A stretch of DNA of 64,000 nt from a virus, in IMG/VR virus record IMGVR_UViG_3300037507_002457, positions 4,235-68,234 of that record. One strand, 5' to 3'. A model generated the notes under the pieces. The model ran no database searches, was not told where the DNA came from, and saw only the letters and a list, made by a program, of their open reading frames with translations. A program made the position numbers and the translations under genes. Each line of letters starts with the position of its first letter. Within the stretch, counting starts at the first letter, position 1. Positions 51,697 through 60,452 of the stretch are shown here, piece after piece.

Positions 51697-51697
51697 A

Positions 51698-52651
51698 ATG
51701 AACTTTCTTGAAGAGACCGAAAATACAAACACCAACATCGAGCATTCACTTTGGTGCGAAAAGTATCGCCCAATAAGTTTGGCTGATTATGTTGGCAACG
51801 ACGTTCTGAAGGAAAAGGTAAAGCAATATATCAACGAAAATGACATACCACATCTACTCTTATATGGTGGCGCTGGAACTGGCAAAACTACTCTTGCGAA
51901 ACTTATCACGAAGAGCATCAAGTGTGATGTACTCTACATCAATGCTTCGGATGATAACGGTATTGATACGATTCGTGTAAAGATCAAGAACTTTGCTTCT
52001 ACCATTGGCTTCAATGGCTTGAAGGTCATTATTCTTGACGAGGCCGACTATTTGACCGCCGCTGGTCAGGCAGGTCTGCGTAATACGATGGAGACATATA
52101 GTATGAACACTCGCTTCATACTTACTTGTAACTATCACGAACGCATCACCGAACCTATTCAATCTCGTTGTCAATCTTATGCTATTCATCCTCCGACCAA
52201 GAAGGATGTTGCTGCCAACCTTGTGAAGATTCTACAAAAGGAAAATATCAAGTTTGATAAGGAGAGTGTTGTATTGCTCGTCAATAGTCATTATCCAGAC
52301 ATTCGTGCCATCATCAATACCGCACAGCGTGGAGTAATCAATGCTGAACTCAAACTTGCCAAAGAAGATGTATTACAGGGTGATATCAAGTCCAAACTGA
52401 TTGATATGCTCAAGAATACAAACAAGAAACAGGCATTCACAGACATTCGCCAACTTGTGGCAGATAACAGTCTAAAGAACTTCAGCGACCTTTATACAGA
52501 GATGTATGAAAAGATTGATGTATATGCCGGTAATGCTCAAGGCGAAGTTATTCTTGCTCTCGCAGAAGGTCAATATCAAGAAGCATCTGTGGCAGATAGA
52601 GAAATATGCTTTATGGCAACTATTTATAAGGTACTAACAATCACCAAATAA
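51698..52651 (+). CDS. Clamp loader ATPase (gp44 / RFC small subunit)
   Basis: LWCEKYRP, PHLLLYGGAGTGKTT, INASD, ILDEAD, FILTCNY, IQSRC. True ATG at 51698. Confidence 0.93.
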   Translation: MNFLEETENTNTNIEHSLWCEKYRPISLADYVGNDVLKEKVKQYINENDIPHLLLYGGAGTGKTTLAKLITKSIKCDVLYINASDDNGIDTIRVKIKNFASTIGFNGLKVIILDEADYLTAAGQAGLRNTMETYSMNTRFILTCNYHERITEPIQSRCQSYAIHPPTKKDVAANLVKILQKENIKFDKESVVLLVNSHYPDIRAIINTAQRGVINAELKLAKEDVLQGDIKSKLIDMLKNTNKKQAFTDIRQLVADNSLKNFSDLYTEMYEKIDVYAGNAQGEVILALAEGQYQEASVADREICFMATIYKVLTITK

Positions 52652-52652
52652 T

Positions 52653-52826
52653 ATGAAGTTAGCCGACAATCCTAAACTTGAAGCAAGGATCCAGTCACGC
52701 ATCAAAGTGTGGAAAAATACACCACAGGGCGAAGACTTGCATGAATCTTTGGGATTGTCGCTTGAAGAATATGCTTTGTTCGTTATAAAGAACGAAGTGC
52801 CAGACAACTATCAACTACCAGAATAA
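52653..52826 (+). CDS. Small hypothetical protein (57 aa, not in the ORF track)
   Basis: MKLADNPKLEARIQSRIKVWKN..LHESLGLSLEEY fills the gap exactly, with TAATATG junctions at both ends. Confidence 0.65.
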   Translation: MKLADNPKLEARIQSRIKVWKNTPQGEDLHESLGLSLEEYALFVIKNEVPDNYQLPE

Positions 52827-52827
52827 T

Positions 52828-53229
52828 ATGTATACCGCTGTTGTATTAGACGAAAAGTCGCATCTAAAGTTAGTCAAATGGGCAGATGACAATATCAAAG
52901 TAAATGGCGTTAGATTGCCTATTCTTGCGCGTGATAATGGCTGGGAAATGATTTGCCATCATATGACCATAGGTATGGGTAATGCTCCTGAGTTTATAAA
53001 ACAATATCTTGGCACCAAGCAAAAACTTGATATTACTCATTATGGTATCAGCGACAAGGCTATTGCGGTAAGAGTAGTTGGTTTTTATAGCAAGAATACT
53101 ATACCGCATATCACGGTGGCAGTAAATAGACGAATTGGTGGCAAGCCTGTAGATAGCAACAAAATAACAAACTGGATACCAGTTGATGGATTGATTACAC
53201 TAAGTGGCGAAGTAAAAGAAGTATCATGA
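52828..53229 (+). CDS. 2H phosphoesterase (cyclic phosphodiesterase-like)
   Basis: Two HxT motifs: CHHMTI and PHITVAV. Confidence 0.8.
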   Translation: MYTAVVLDEKSHLKLVKWADDNIKVNGVRLPILARDNGWEMICHHMTIGMGNAPEFIKQYLGTKQKLDITHYGISDKAIAVRVVGFYSKNTIPHITVAVNRRIGGKPVDSNKITNWIPVDGLITLSGEVKEVS

Positions 53230-53444
53230 AAATAACAGACGCTGTATTTTTTACAGACAATAAGGTTGTTAGATTAGAAGCAGGCGAAAAAAAGTATTAT
53301 CTCACTGACAATGGTAAGATATATGACATGCATCCTGTAAATGTGATGGCAGAAGAAATCAAAGGCGATGAAATGAAGAAAATCAAAGCACTTGCCAAGC
53401 AGGGTGGATATAAAAACGATACTGAAGTAAAGAAGTGGCTGTAA
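53226..53444 (+). CDS. Hypothetical protein
   Basis: ATGA overlap, followed by a terminator. Confidence 0.65.
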   Translation: MKITDAVFFTDNKVVRLEAGEKKYYLTDNGKIYDMHPVNVMAEEIKGDEMKKIKALAKQGGYKNDTEVKKWL

Positions 53445-53447
53445 TAT

Positions 53448-53483
53448 AAAAACCCACCAAAAACGGTGGGTTTTTGTTTTTTT
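53448..53483 (+). terminator. Rho-independent terminator
   Basis: AAAACCCACC-loop-GGTGGGTTTT followed by a T run. Confidence 0.85.
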
Positions 53484-53520
53484 ATATATATTTATACACA
53501 TAACCTTATTATAAACCAGT

Positions 53521-54513
53521 ATGAATATATTTGAATCTACTTTCGAAAAGCATAAAAAGTTGGTATTGGAAGCGACCGAACAGCAGTCCGACTCAAAAAG
53601 TGATACTCAACAAGATTCTAAAAATTTGGATCAAAAATTTAAAGCGGAATTTTGGAATGACTTTAAAGAAATATCGGTATCTCAGTTTGTTCAAAAATAC
53701 AATACCTTGGTCGCTGACCCAAAGGTACATGCGTTTATTACTTCTGGAACAAAAGAAAAAGACAATGACGATGTAGAAAATTTTACGGTGAAGAGAGCAT
53801 CGGGTGTGGTTGGTAAATTAATACCGTCCCAAACTGAAATAGGATTTGGAAATAGTTTAGATGATATTATTGGAACCGGTAAATTTGGAACTACCGCCGA
53901 TCTTAATCAAATACTTACTGGCCAAAATGTACTGCTTTCTACAAAGAATGGAGAAGTACCACTAATAACTTATGCGGGAAAATATATAATAGACGGCCAC
54001 CATAGATGGAGTAAAATTTGCTGCGCAAATCCAAACGCAACTGTGGTATGTTTGGATTTTAATAATAAAGCAATCGGAGACAATCCAGAAATGGCATTGA
54101 AGGCGTTTCATCTAGCAATCGCAGCCGAATTGAAAGGAATGCCAACGGAGAAGCCGGTGGGACAAAATTTGATGAAAAGTTCCGAAGAAGCTGTTCGTGA
54201 ATATGTAAATAGCAATTTAAAGCCAGAATTTCTTGAAGTATATAATCGATATAAAGATCAAATTTACAGGGGAGTTGATAAATTGCAGAACGACAATGTC
54301 GCGCAATATTTAGCGAGAAATGCAAAGGCAACAATTATAGAGCGAAATCCGGCAACGGATACTCCAAGAATAAATATGCCACAGGTCGATCAAGCACGTT
54401 CTACTCAAAAATCTTTAGAAACGGGAATAGTAAATTTTTCTCCAGATAAGGTAACAGAAACCTCTCTGTTTGAATCTACTTTCAATAAGTTCAAAAACTT
54501 GTATACCAAATAA
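53521..54513 (+). CDS. ParB/Srx-like domain protein
   Basis: LIPSQTEI, YIIDGHHRW. TATTTATA upstream and an FESTFEKHKKLVLE leader. Confidence 0.7.
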   Translation: MNIFESTFEKHKKLVLEATEQQSDSKSDTQQDSKNLDQKFKAEFWNDFKEISVSQFVQKYNTLVADPKVHAFITSGTKEKDNDDVENFTVKRASGVVGKLIPSQTEIGFGNSLDDIIGTGKFGTTADLNQILTGQNVLLSTKNGEVPLITYAGKYIIDGHHRWSKICCANPNATVVCLDFNNKAIGDNPEMALKAFHLAIAAELKGMPTEKPVGQNLMKSSEEAVREYVNSNLKPEFLEVYNRYKDQIYRGVDKLQNDNVAQYLARNAKATIIERNPATDTPRINMPQVDQARSTQKSLETGIVNFSPDKVTETSLFESTFNKFKNLYTK

Positions 54514-54540
54514 CTTCTTTTATATTAAAACATAAACAAG

Positions 54541-54567
54541 AAGCCCGCCTATTTGGCGGGCTTTTTT
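54541..54567. terminator. Terminator between convergent genes
   Basis: AAGCCCGCC-TATTT-GGCGGGCTT followed by a T run. Confidence 0.8.
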
Positions 54568-54570
54568 GTA

Positions 54571-55017
54571 TCATCTTATTTCAAACACTGTCAAATTTGG
54601 TCCATCCGGTTCACCAAAAGTAAAGTTGCTGCCAGCAATTGATGTAACTTTTAGAGAATATGTATATGTACCGGCAGGCGGATTGTCAATGCACGTAATT
54701 CCATATGGCACGTTTTCGTTGCTATCAGAACTTTCTGCTTGAACTTTCTTTCCAATTGCGGTGCTGCCTCTGTATAGTTGAAATACACACCATCCTCCGC
54801 CTGTTGCTGGGTTTGCGTCTCCAGTACACGATACAAAAACAGGATTTCCCGTGGTAGTTATTGAAACATTAACAACGGACGCAGGAGTAGTTGAACTACT
54901 TGCTATTGTTACACTTCCTGTATCTGATTGTACATAGTTTGAAGTAAATCCATACCGAGTAGGTAAAGATCCTGTAATCAGTTGATTGTTTGGTCCTGGT
55001 ACGATTGGTAGGCTCAT
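54571..55017 (-). CDS. Hypothetical beta-rich protein (tail-fibre C-terminal-like)
   Basis: SITTTGNPVFV, IDNPPAGTYTYSLKV. S/T/G-rich. Confidence 0.65.
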   Translation of the reverse strand: MSLPIVPGPNNQLITGSLPTRYGFTSNYVQSDTGSVTIASSSTTPASVVNVSITTTGNPVFVSCTGDANPATGGGWCVFQLYRGSTAIGKKVQAESSDSNENVPYGITCIDNPPAGTYTYSLKVTSIAGSNFTFGEPDGPNLTVFEIR

Positions 55018-55023
55018 ATGATG

Positions 55024-56601
55024 TTATGTTTTATAGTTTAAAATCCAATCAAGAACTTTCTTGAGTGTTTCTGCTCTGTTTGCTCCATCGATTGATTGTA
55101 TCGGCTTCTTTTTGGATATTTTCAGATTGTATATATCCGCCTTATTGTCGCTTACCATACCAACTTTGATTTTGGTATAATCAATCGTAGAGCCCTTGTC
55201 TTTCTTTGCTTTGGCGATTTTTGGTGGCAGAAAATATACCTTTTCATATCTTTCTGCGTTTTCTATTGTATCAACAACCTGTTGTGGATTGGTGAACTTG
55301 AATCTTGGTCCAGATGAAAGTATCTTGATCGTGTTCATCACCGAGTTGATGTTTGGATCTATTGCCATAACTGTGCTGGCAGCATCTCTGGCATATTCCA
55401 TAACATCTTCAAACTTAGCGAACTTGGCAGCAGGTTCATCATATCTTTCACGTATATTTACCCAAGCAAGTGCCTGTAGTTGATATGATGTAAGACCAAT
55501 CTTTTGTGCTTCTTCGTGTAGTATCTTTACCAGGTTCTGACGTATATAATCATCGCCAAACAGCTTCATTACTATTTTGTTTACGATGGCATTTTTCTTT
55601 TTTTCCAATGATTTCTTTTTCTTGGCAAGCATTTCTTCTTCCGGCGAAAGCTTTGGCTTTTTTGGTTTCTTTGGCTTTGCTTCATCGACCTTTTCTTCTT
55701 CATCTTCATCGTCTGGGATATGAGCAATCCAATCTGTGATGTCATTTTCAACCATGTTCTTCAATGGTTCATCAAAGAATACACGTATCATCCAGCGGTC
55801 AATGGTCGCAGGGTCAATCTTGCCTGCCCATTTTTTGCCAGGAAATATAAGATTGATAAGAAATGAATTGATTTTTGTTCCGCTAATGGTAAATGTGCCC
55901 GATTCAAGGTCGTTGTATAGTTCTTCTTTTGATACATTTCCATTATGCTGTAGATAATACTTTACATATGTATTGAAGTTTGGAATCTTGGCGTTTGACA
56001 CGGTAACTTCACTAAAGATGTCATCTTGACCTTTCTTTGGCCCCTTTTCAATCTTCTTGCCAGTATAGTCTTTCTTTGGAAGAAGTAGATTGGCATATGC
56101 ACTGTTTGGATATTTTGCCAGAAATGCCAGATCCTTGTCTTTTAGGTTACTCTTTACATTGGCGGCAATATCTGAAAGTGCCTGCTTACCTTCTTCACTA
56201 CCAAAATCTTTTTTTACTGCGGTGTATAGTTTAGCGGCCTCAAGAATGTTTTGGTCAAGTGCGGTGTTGGCAGAACAATAGCCGCACGCCGCCAAGAACA
56301 AACAACCATCACTTTCTCCCATACTTTCAAACACAAGCTTATTGAAGTTATCATACCAGTAGGCATATGTATCAAGCTTGGTTTTCATTTCACCAGGAGC
56401 CTGCAAGTATTGGTCAACTTCACGCTTTAGATTATTCATGGTAATCTTTATAGGAATACTTACTTCTACTTTCTTATTATCAACAATAAAGTCTATCTTT
56501 ACTGGGAATGTATCCTGTGTTCTGAACGAAGGACTTACAAGCTGGTCATAAAATCCTTTGCCGCTAAGTGCTTCTTGTAATAGAGAAAGTAGTGAAATCA
56601 T
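55024..56601 (-). CDS. Hypothetical protein, possible HhH-type DNA-modifying/glycosylase-like fold
   Basis: WYD..SANT..N, TKINSFLINL, ATIDRWMIR, LQALAW. MISLLSLLQE leader, with TATTTAT upstream on the minus strand. Confidence 0.6.
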   Translation of the reverse strand: MISLLSLLQEALSGKGFYDQLVSPSFRTQDTFPVKIDFIVDNKKVEVSIPIKITMNNLKREVDQYLQAPGEMKTKLDTYAYWYDNFNKLVFESMGESDGCLFLAACGYCSANTALDQNILEAAKLYTAVKKDFGSEEGKQALSDIAANVKSNLKDKDLAFLAKYPNSAYANLLLPKKDYTGKKIEKGPKKGQDDIFSEVTVSNAKIPNFNTYVKYYLQHNGNVSKEELYNDLESGTFTISGTKINSFLINLIFPGKKWAGKIDPATIDRWMIRVFFDEPLKNMVENDITDWIAHIPDDEDEEEKVDEAKPKKPKKPKLSPEEEMLAKKKKSLEKKKNAIVNKIVMKLFGDDYIRQNLVKILHEEAQKIGLTSYQLQALAWVNIRERYDEPAAKFAKFEDVMEYARDAASTVMAIDPNINSVMNTIKILSSGPRFKFTNPQQVVDTIENAERYEKVYFLPPKIAKAKKDKGSTIDYTKIKVGMVSDNKADIYNLKISKKKPIQSIDGANRAETLKKVLDWILNYKT

Positions 56602-56682
56602 ATATGCTTGATTATAATAAATATATATCAAGGGCTAAAAACATATTGACAAAAGGTTATTATAGTGTATGGTAATAGCATT

Positions 56683-57705
56683 ATGGACCGAAAACTGGCA
56701 TCTATTCAACTTATCAAGGAACTGAACCCTATAAATGGTGCAGATGCCATTCTTTGTGCCAAAGTTCTTGGCTGGGAATGTGTTGTAAAAAAGAATGAGT
56801 TTCAGCCCAATGACAAGTGTGTATATTTTGAGATTGATAGTGTACTTCCTATCGCAAGTTGGAATGATCATCTTCGTAAGGAAGTAGATAAGAAACTGCG
56901 TGTAAAAACTATTCGTCTTCGTGGCCAACTTTCGCAAGGATTGGCATTGCCGCTTTCTATTCTGCCCCAAGGTGAATATGAAGTTGGTCAGGATGTTACA
57001 TCACTTGTTGGTGTTGAAAAATACGAACCTGTTGTGCCTGCTCATTTGAGCGGAATGGTCAAAGGGAACTTTCCATCTTTCTTACATAAGACAGATGAAG
57101 TTCGTCTGCAATCTGAGCCAAATGTGCTTGTTGAAGCAAGCAATAAAGGATTGGTGCTTATTGGCACACTAAAGATGGACGGCACAAGTTTTACAGCATA
57201 TCGGCGTGATGATGAGTTTGGTGTATGCTCTCGTAATCTCAACCTAAAAGAAACAGAAGACAATGCTCATTGGAAGATGGCTCGCAAGCTCAAACTTGAA
57301 GAGATTCTTCGTGGCGAAGATCGTAATCTATGTATTCAAGGTGAAATGGTTGGACCGGGTATTCAAGCAAATCGTCTTGGGCTCAAAGAGATTGAATTAT
57401 ATCTTTTCAATCTATACGACATTGATAGTGGCAAATACCTGAACAGAGAAGATTTGATTAGTTTTGGCAAGAAACATAACATCAAGATTGTAGATACTGT
57501 GCATATTATTCAACTTGGTAATGACATTGTGCCCAAGAGTGTTGATTATTTTTTGAGCATTGCCAATGAACTGAACTATAACAACGGTACTCCCGCTGAA
57601 GGTATTGTTTGGCGTCCAGCAGTTGAGACACACAGCGATGTGCTAAAAGGCCGCTTGAGTTTCAAGACAATATCAAACCGCTTCTTGGAGAAATACAAAG
57701 AATGA
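56683..57705 (+). CDS. RNA ligase (Rnl2-type, DRB0094-like)
   Basis: RKLASIQ, CVYFEIDS, LRGQLSQGL, motif I KMDGTS, VCSRN, QGEMVGPGIQ, EGIV, SFKTISN. Confidence 0.9.
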   Translation: MDRKLASIQLIKELNPINGADAILCAKVLGWECVVKKNEFQPNDKCVYFEIDSVLPIASWNDHLRKEVDKKLRVKTIRLRGQLSQGLALPLSILPQGEYEVGQDVTSLVGVEKYEPVVPAHLSGMVKGNFPSFLHKTDEVRLQSEPNVLVEASNKGLVLIGTLKMDGTSFTAYRRDDEFGVCSRNLNLKETEDNAHWKMARKLKLEEILRGEDRNLCIQGEMVGPGIQANRLGLKEIELYLFNLYDIDSGKYLNREDLISFGKKHNIKIVDTVHIIQLGNDIVPKSVDYFLSIANELNYNNGTPAEGIVWRPAVETHSDVLKGRLSFKTISNRFLEKYKE

Positions 57706-57914
57706 AAAACGCATACGCAGAACATCATTTCGCTGAAAATGAACGACTTGTTCATATTCCTACGGGAAAAATGGCAACATATACGGGCACAAAACAAGTA
57801 AAAGACACACAGTTTGATTTTATCAAGTTTGATGACGGCCAAACTTTCTTTTATTATCCGTATGAGATAACTGAAAGGTTTAGGCGGTTATACAATAATG
57901 AAAAAAGTACTTGA
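57702..57914 (+). CDS. Hypothetical protein
   Basis: ATGA overlap with the ligase stop. Confidence 0.6.
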   Translation: MKNAYAEHHFAENERLVHIPTGKMATYTGTKQVKDTQFDFIKFDDGQTFFYYPYEITERFRRLYNNEKST

Positions 57915-57958
57915 CTTTTACTTTATATAACTGTATATATTATTAGTAAACTACACAT

Positions 57959-58553
57959 ATGAAAAATACACTAATGTCCGTGGTTCTGTTATTGTCTGCT
58001 ACACAAACGTTTGCCCAGTCTGATTTATTTGGGCGAAATGCTGATACCGGTGCGATTGTTGGAGGAATTGTTGGTGCCGTAGTTGGTCATCATAATGGGA
58101 ATGCGTGGAAGGGCGCAGCAATTGGCGCTGGTGTGGGATTAGTGGCTGGAGCTATTGCGGACAACCATACATATCATACTTCTGGAAACCATCAACCAGT
58201 TTATCAGGAAACATATTCTTCATATGACGATTATTATGATCGTGATTTTTATCCTTCGTATGGACAGGTAGTTGTGCGCCAGCCTCCTTCCCGCATTATC
58301 GTGATGAGTCCTCCCCCGCCCCCCTCCCCGAGTCATTGTAATTCACCGCCCAACTCCGGTTTATACATATCCTAATCACAGATATACAGAGATTCGCAGT
58401 TCTCCTCCCTGCGTTGTACAAAACAACTACCATCGTCCTCCCAGTCATAACTTCAACAATCGTCCACCGGCAAATAACTATCGTCCTCCCGTGAACAATC
58501 ACCCCCGTGATAATCGCCGCGACGACCGCCGAGATCACGACCGTAGACGCTAA
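57959..58553 (+). pseudogene. Secreted glycine-zipper protein, frameshifted in a poly-C tract
   Basis: Signal peptide (MKNTLMSVVLLLSATQTFA) and GAIVGGIVGAVVG..GAAIGAGVGLVAG zipper. The natural Pro/Arg/His-rich tail continues in the +1 frame to TAA at 58553. Confidence 0.7.
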
Positions 58554-58606
58554 AAATAGTTATTGACTTTTGAGTATTTCCATACCATATTACTATTTAT
58601 TAACAA

Positions 58607-58678
58607 ATGAATAGCCGACCAAACAGTTCAAACTACCAGATCGCCCAATGGGGTGACTATGGTGTTGGTGTGGCTTAA
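58607..58678 (+). CDS. Putative 23-aa leader peptide
   Basis: MNSRPNSSNYQIAQWGDYGVGVA, lying between a promoter-like region and a terminator. Confidence 0.5.
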   Translation: MNSRPNSSNYQIAQWGDYGVGVA

Positions 58679-58706
58679 AAGGAGAAAATAACTTTCAACT
58701 TAAACA

Positions 58707-58738
58707 GCCCCACCAGTAAAAAGGTGGGGTTTTTATTT
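58707..58738 (+). terminator. Terminator / attenuator hairpin
   Basis: CCCCACC-AGTAAAAA-GGTGGGG-TTTTTATTT. Confidence 0.85.
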
Positions 58739-58759
58739 GGAGAAAAATGAAAATAGTGT

Positions 58760-58806
58760 TTGACAAAGTATAAAAAGTGTGTAGAGTGTTAGTCGTTCTT
58801 TAGAAA
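58760..58806 (+). promoter_or_regulatory. Sigma70-like promoter with a boxA-like element
   Basis: TTGACA-16 nt-TAGAGT, then CGTTCTTTAGAAA. Confidence 0.6.
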
Positions 58807-58814
58807 AATCAATT

Positions 58815-59102
58815 TTGTTAGGGATAGAGGTAAAAGCGCACCTTTAAGCGTTAAAATAGCCACCGGACTCATAATAGAGAGGACCGTTTTGTGGGAAGCA
58901 AATCAACAAGTTTAGGATAGGATAGTGACAGAGATAACTTGTTGTGAGCACGAAGTGAATATATTGTTCTTATAAATGAAAGAATATATCAATAAGATGG
59001 GTAATCAACCCCGTTGAGATATATTCTTTTAGTGTTCCGAGTTTTTACAAACCTCCACGCGGTTCGGAATGGGAAATACGTAGTATTACGTATTTGCTAA
59101 TT
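58815..59102 (+). ncRNA. Candidate structured ncRNA A
   Basis: ORF-free, with helices CAACAAGTT/AACTTGTTG, AAAGAATATATC/GATATATTCTTT, TTCCGA/TCGGAA, AAATACGTA/TACGTATTT. Confidence 0.5.
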
Positions 59103-59160
59103 GTAAATAATTTTATATAGTTTTTTGACATATATATTATATCTATAGATATACAAATAT

Positions 59161-59481
59161 ATGGCAGATGATAAAGACCTGATAAGAGAGTTTTTGACTG
59201 GCGGATGGCTTGTAGCACTGGTAGGTGCGGCAGGAATGGTCGCAAGATTACTTACAGACGACAGTAAAATGCCGTGGGTAGAACAACTCAAAAAGATATT
59301 TGCTGCATCTATATGCTCTATAATAGCGTGGTTTATGTTGGAACAAACTGACATATCCAGCCTAACCAAAGCAATAATATATGGTGTTGTTGGTGTAATA
59401 TCACCTGAGTTATTACAAGGATTGGCAAGATTAGCAAAGCAAGTATCCAAAAACCCAGCAAAGTTTATCAATAAAAAATGA
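59161..59481 (+). CDS. Holin-like membrane protein
   Basis: 106 aa with three hydrophobic segments and a basic C-terminus. Confidence 0.6.
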   Translation: MADDKDLIREFLTGGWLVALVGAAGMVARLLTDDSKMPWVEQLKKIFAASICSIIAWFMLEQTDISSLTKAIIYGVVGVISPELLQGLARLAKQVSKNPAKFINKK

Positions 59482-60140
59482 AATCAAAACACGCCATTAT
59501 TGTAATGCTTTTTATTGTGTCCATTTTTGTATCAAAGGGGCTATACACAAGTTCAATGCTGCGTTCAAAGATTGATCATTCGTATAAAGAATTTGAGGTT
59601 GTAACAAATACACTTAGTCCGTTGTTTGACTCATATGGTCTTACGCTTGTAGATAGTCAAGTCAAAGTATCGCACGATCTTATAACACTAGATCAGTTTA
59701 GAAACACGCTAACAAAAACGCTACAACAGCAACAAACTTTACTTACGTCATACAAGAAAAATGTAGAAGGAAAAGAAACAATAGACGACAAAGAGTTGTT
59801 TATACGCACACAGCGAGTAACAGAATATATCAAAAAGATACAAGTATTGAGTGTGCGTGGAGATGTAAAAGAAATACACGCTCAACTGTATAATGGAGAG
59901 TTATATCGTCTAATAGATCCCGTAACGGAAATCATAAACAAGATACTGGATAACAAGTTTGATGCTGCGGAAAATTCAAGAAAAATTGCGTTGGATGAAT
60001 TAGTAGCATATGAAAAAGTAGTATATTTCACTGCGGCCTTGACAATTATACTGGGTGTGGCATTATTTAGGTGTAAGGGGGACTGTGTGGCAAAGAAAAA
60101 GCCGCGTAGATCAACCAAACGTATAAAAAACAGATACTAA
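59478..60140 (+). CDS. Two-TM membrane protein with a periplasmic helical bundle
   Basis: N- and C-terminal TM segments flank a helical region. ATGA-type overlap with the holin-like gene. Confidence 0.65.
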   Translation: MKSKHAIIVMLFIVSIFVSKGLYTSSMLRSKIDHSYKEFEVVTNTLSPLFDSYGLTLVDSQVKVSHDLITLDQFRNTLTKTLQQQQTLLTSYKKNVEGKETIDDKELFIRTQRVTEYIKKIQVLSVRGDVKEIHAQLYNGELYRLIDPVTEIINKILDNKFDAAENSRKIALDELVAYEKVVYFTAALTIILGVALFRCKGDCVAKKKPRRSTKRIKNRY

Positions 60141-60147
60141 AATTTTT

Positions 60148-60223
60148 GCGGTAGTAGCTCAGTTGGTAGAGCGCAATCCTTCCAAGCTTGATGTCGCAGG
60201 TTCGAGCCCTGTCTACCGCACCA
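60148..60223 (+). tRNA. tRNA-Gly(TCC)
   Basis: GCGGTAG/CTACCGC acceptor, loop CTTCCAA, GGTTCGAG, encoded CCA. Confidence 0.9.
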
Positions 60224-60230
60224 AATTTAT

Positions 60231-60308
60231 GTATGTGTGTGCCCGAAATAGATAGGGCGGTCTCTGCAAAAGACATTTATGCTGGTGCAATTCCAGTCAC
60301 ATACTCCA
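60231..60308 (+). tRNA. tRNA-Cys(GCA)
   Basis: GTATGTG/CACATAC acceptor, U73, loop CTGCAAA, CCA. Confidence 0.8.
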
Positions 60309-60310
60309 AT

Positions 60311-60445
60311 ATGAAAAATAAAATCAAATTGCCAACGCTAGAAGGTAGATTAAAAAACAAGATAAGAACCAGAAAAGAAGCAGTCAAACAACTTCAAGAT
60401 GCTGGAATGGAATTGACCCCATTGGCCAAAAAGTATCTTAAATAA
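60311..60445 (+). CDS. Small basic hypothetical protein (44 aa)
   Basis: MKNKIKLPTLEGRLK.., lying between tRNAs. Confidence 0.5.
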   Translation: MKNKIKLPTLEGRLKNKIRTRKEAVKQLQDAGMELTPLAKKYLK

Positions 60446-60452
60446 AATTTAC

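Noticed and set aside
51494-51697. N-terminal extension of the clamp loader in the ORF track, and similar extensions at 1493, 3105, 20238, 27076, 35981 and 56665
   Set aside because: These overlap upstream genes or promoters. Downstream starts fit the gene packing better.
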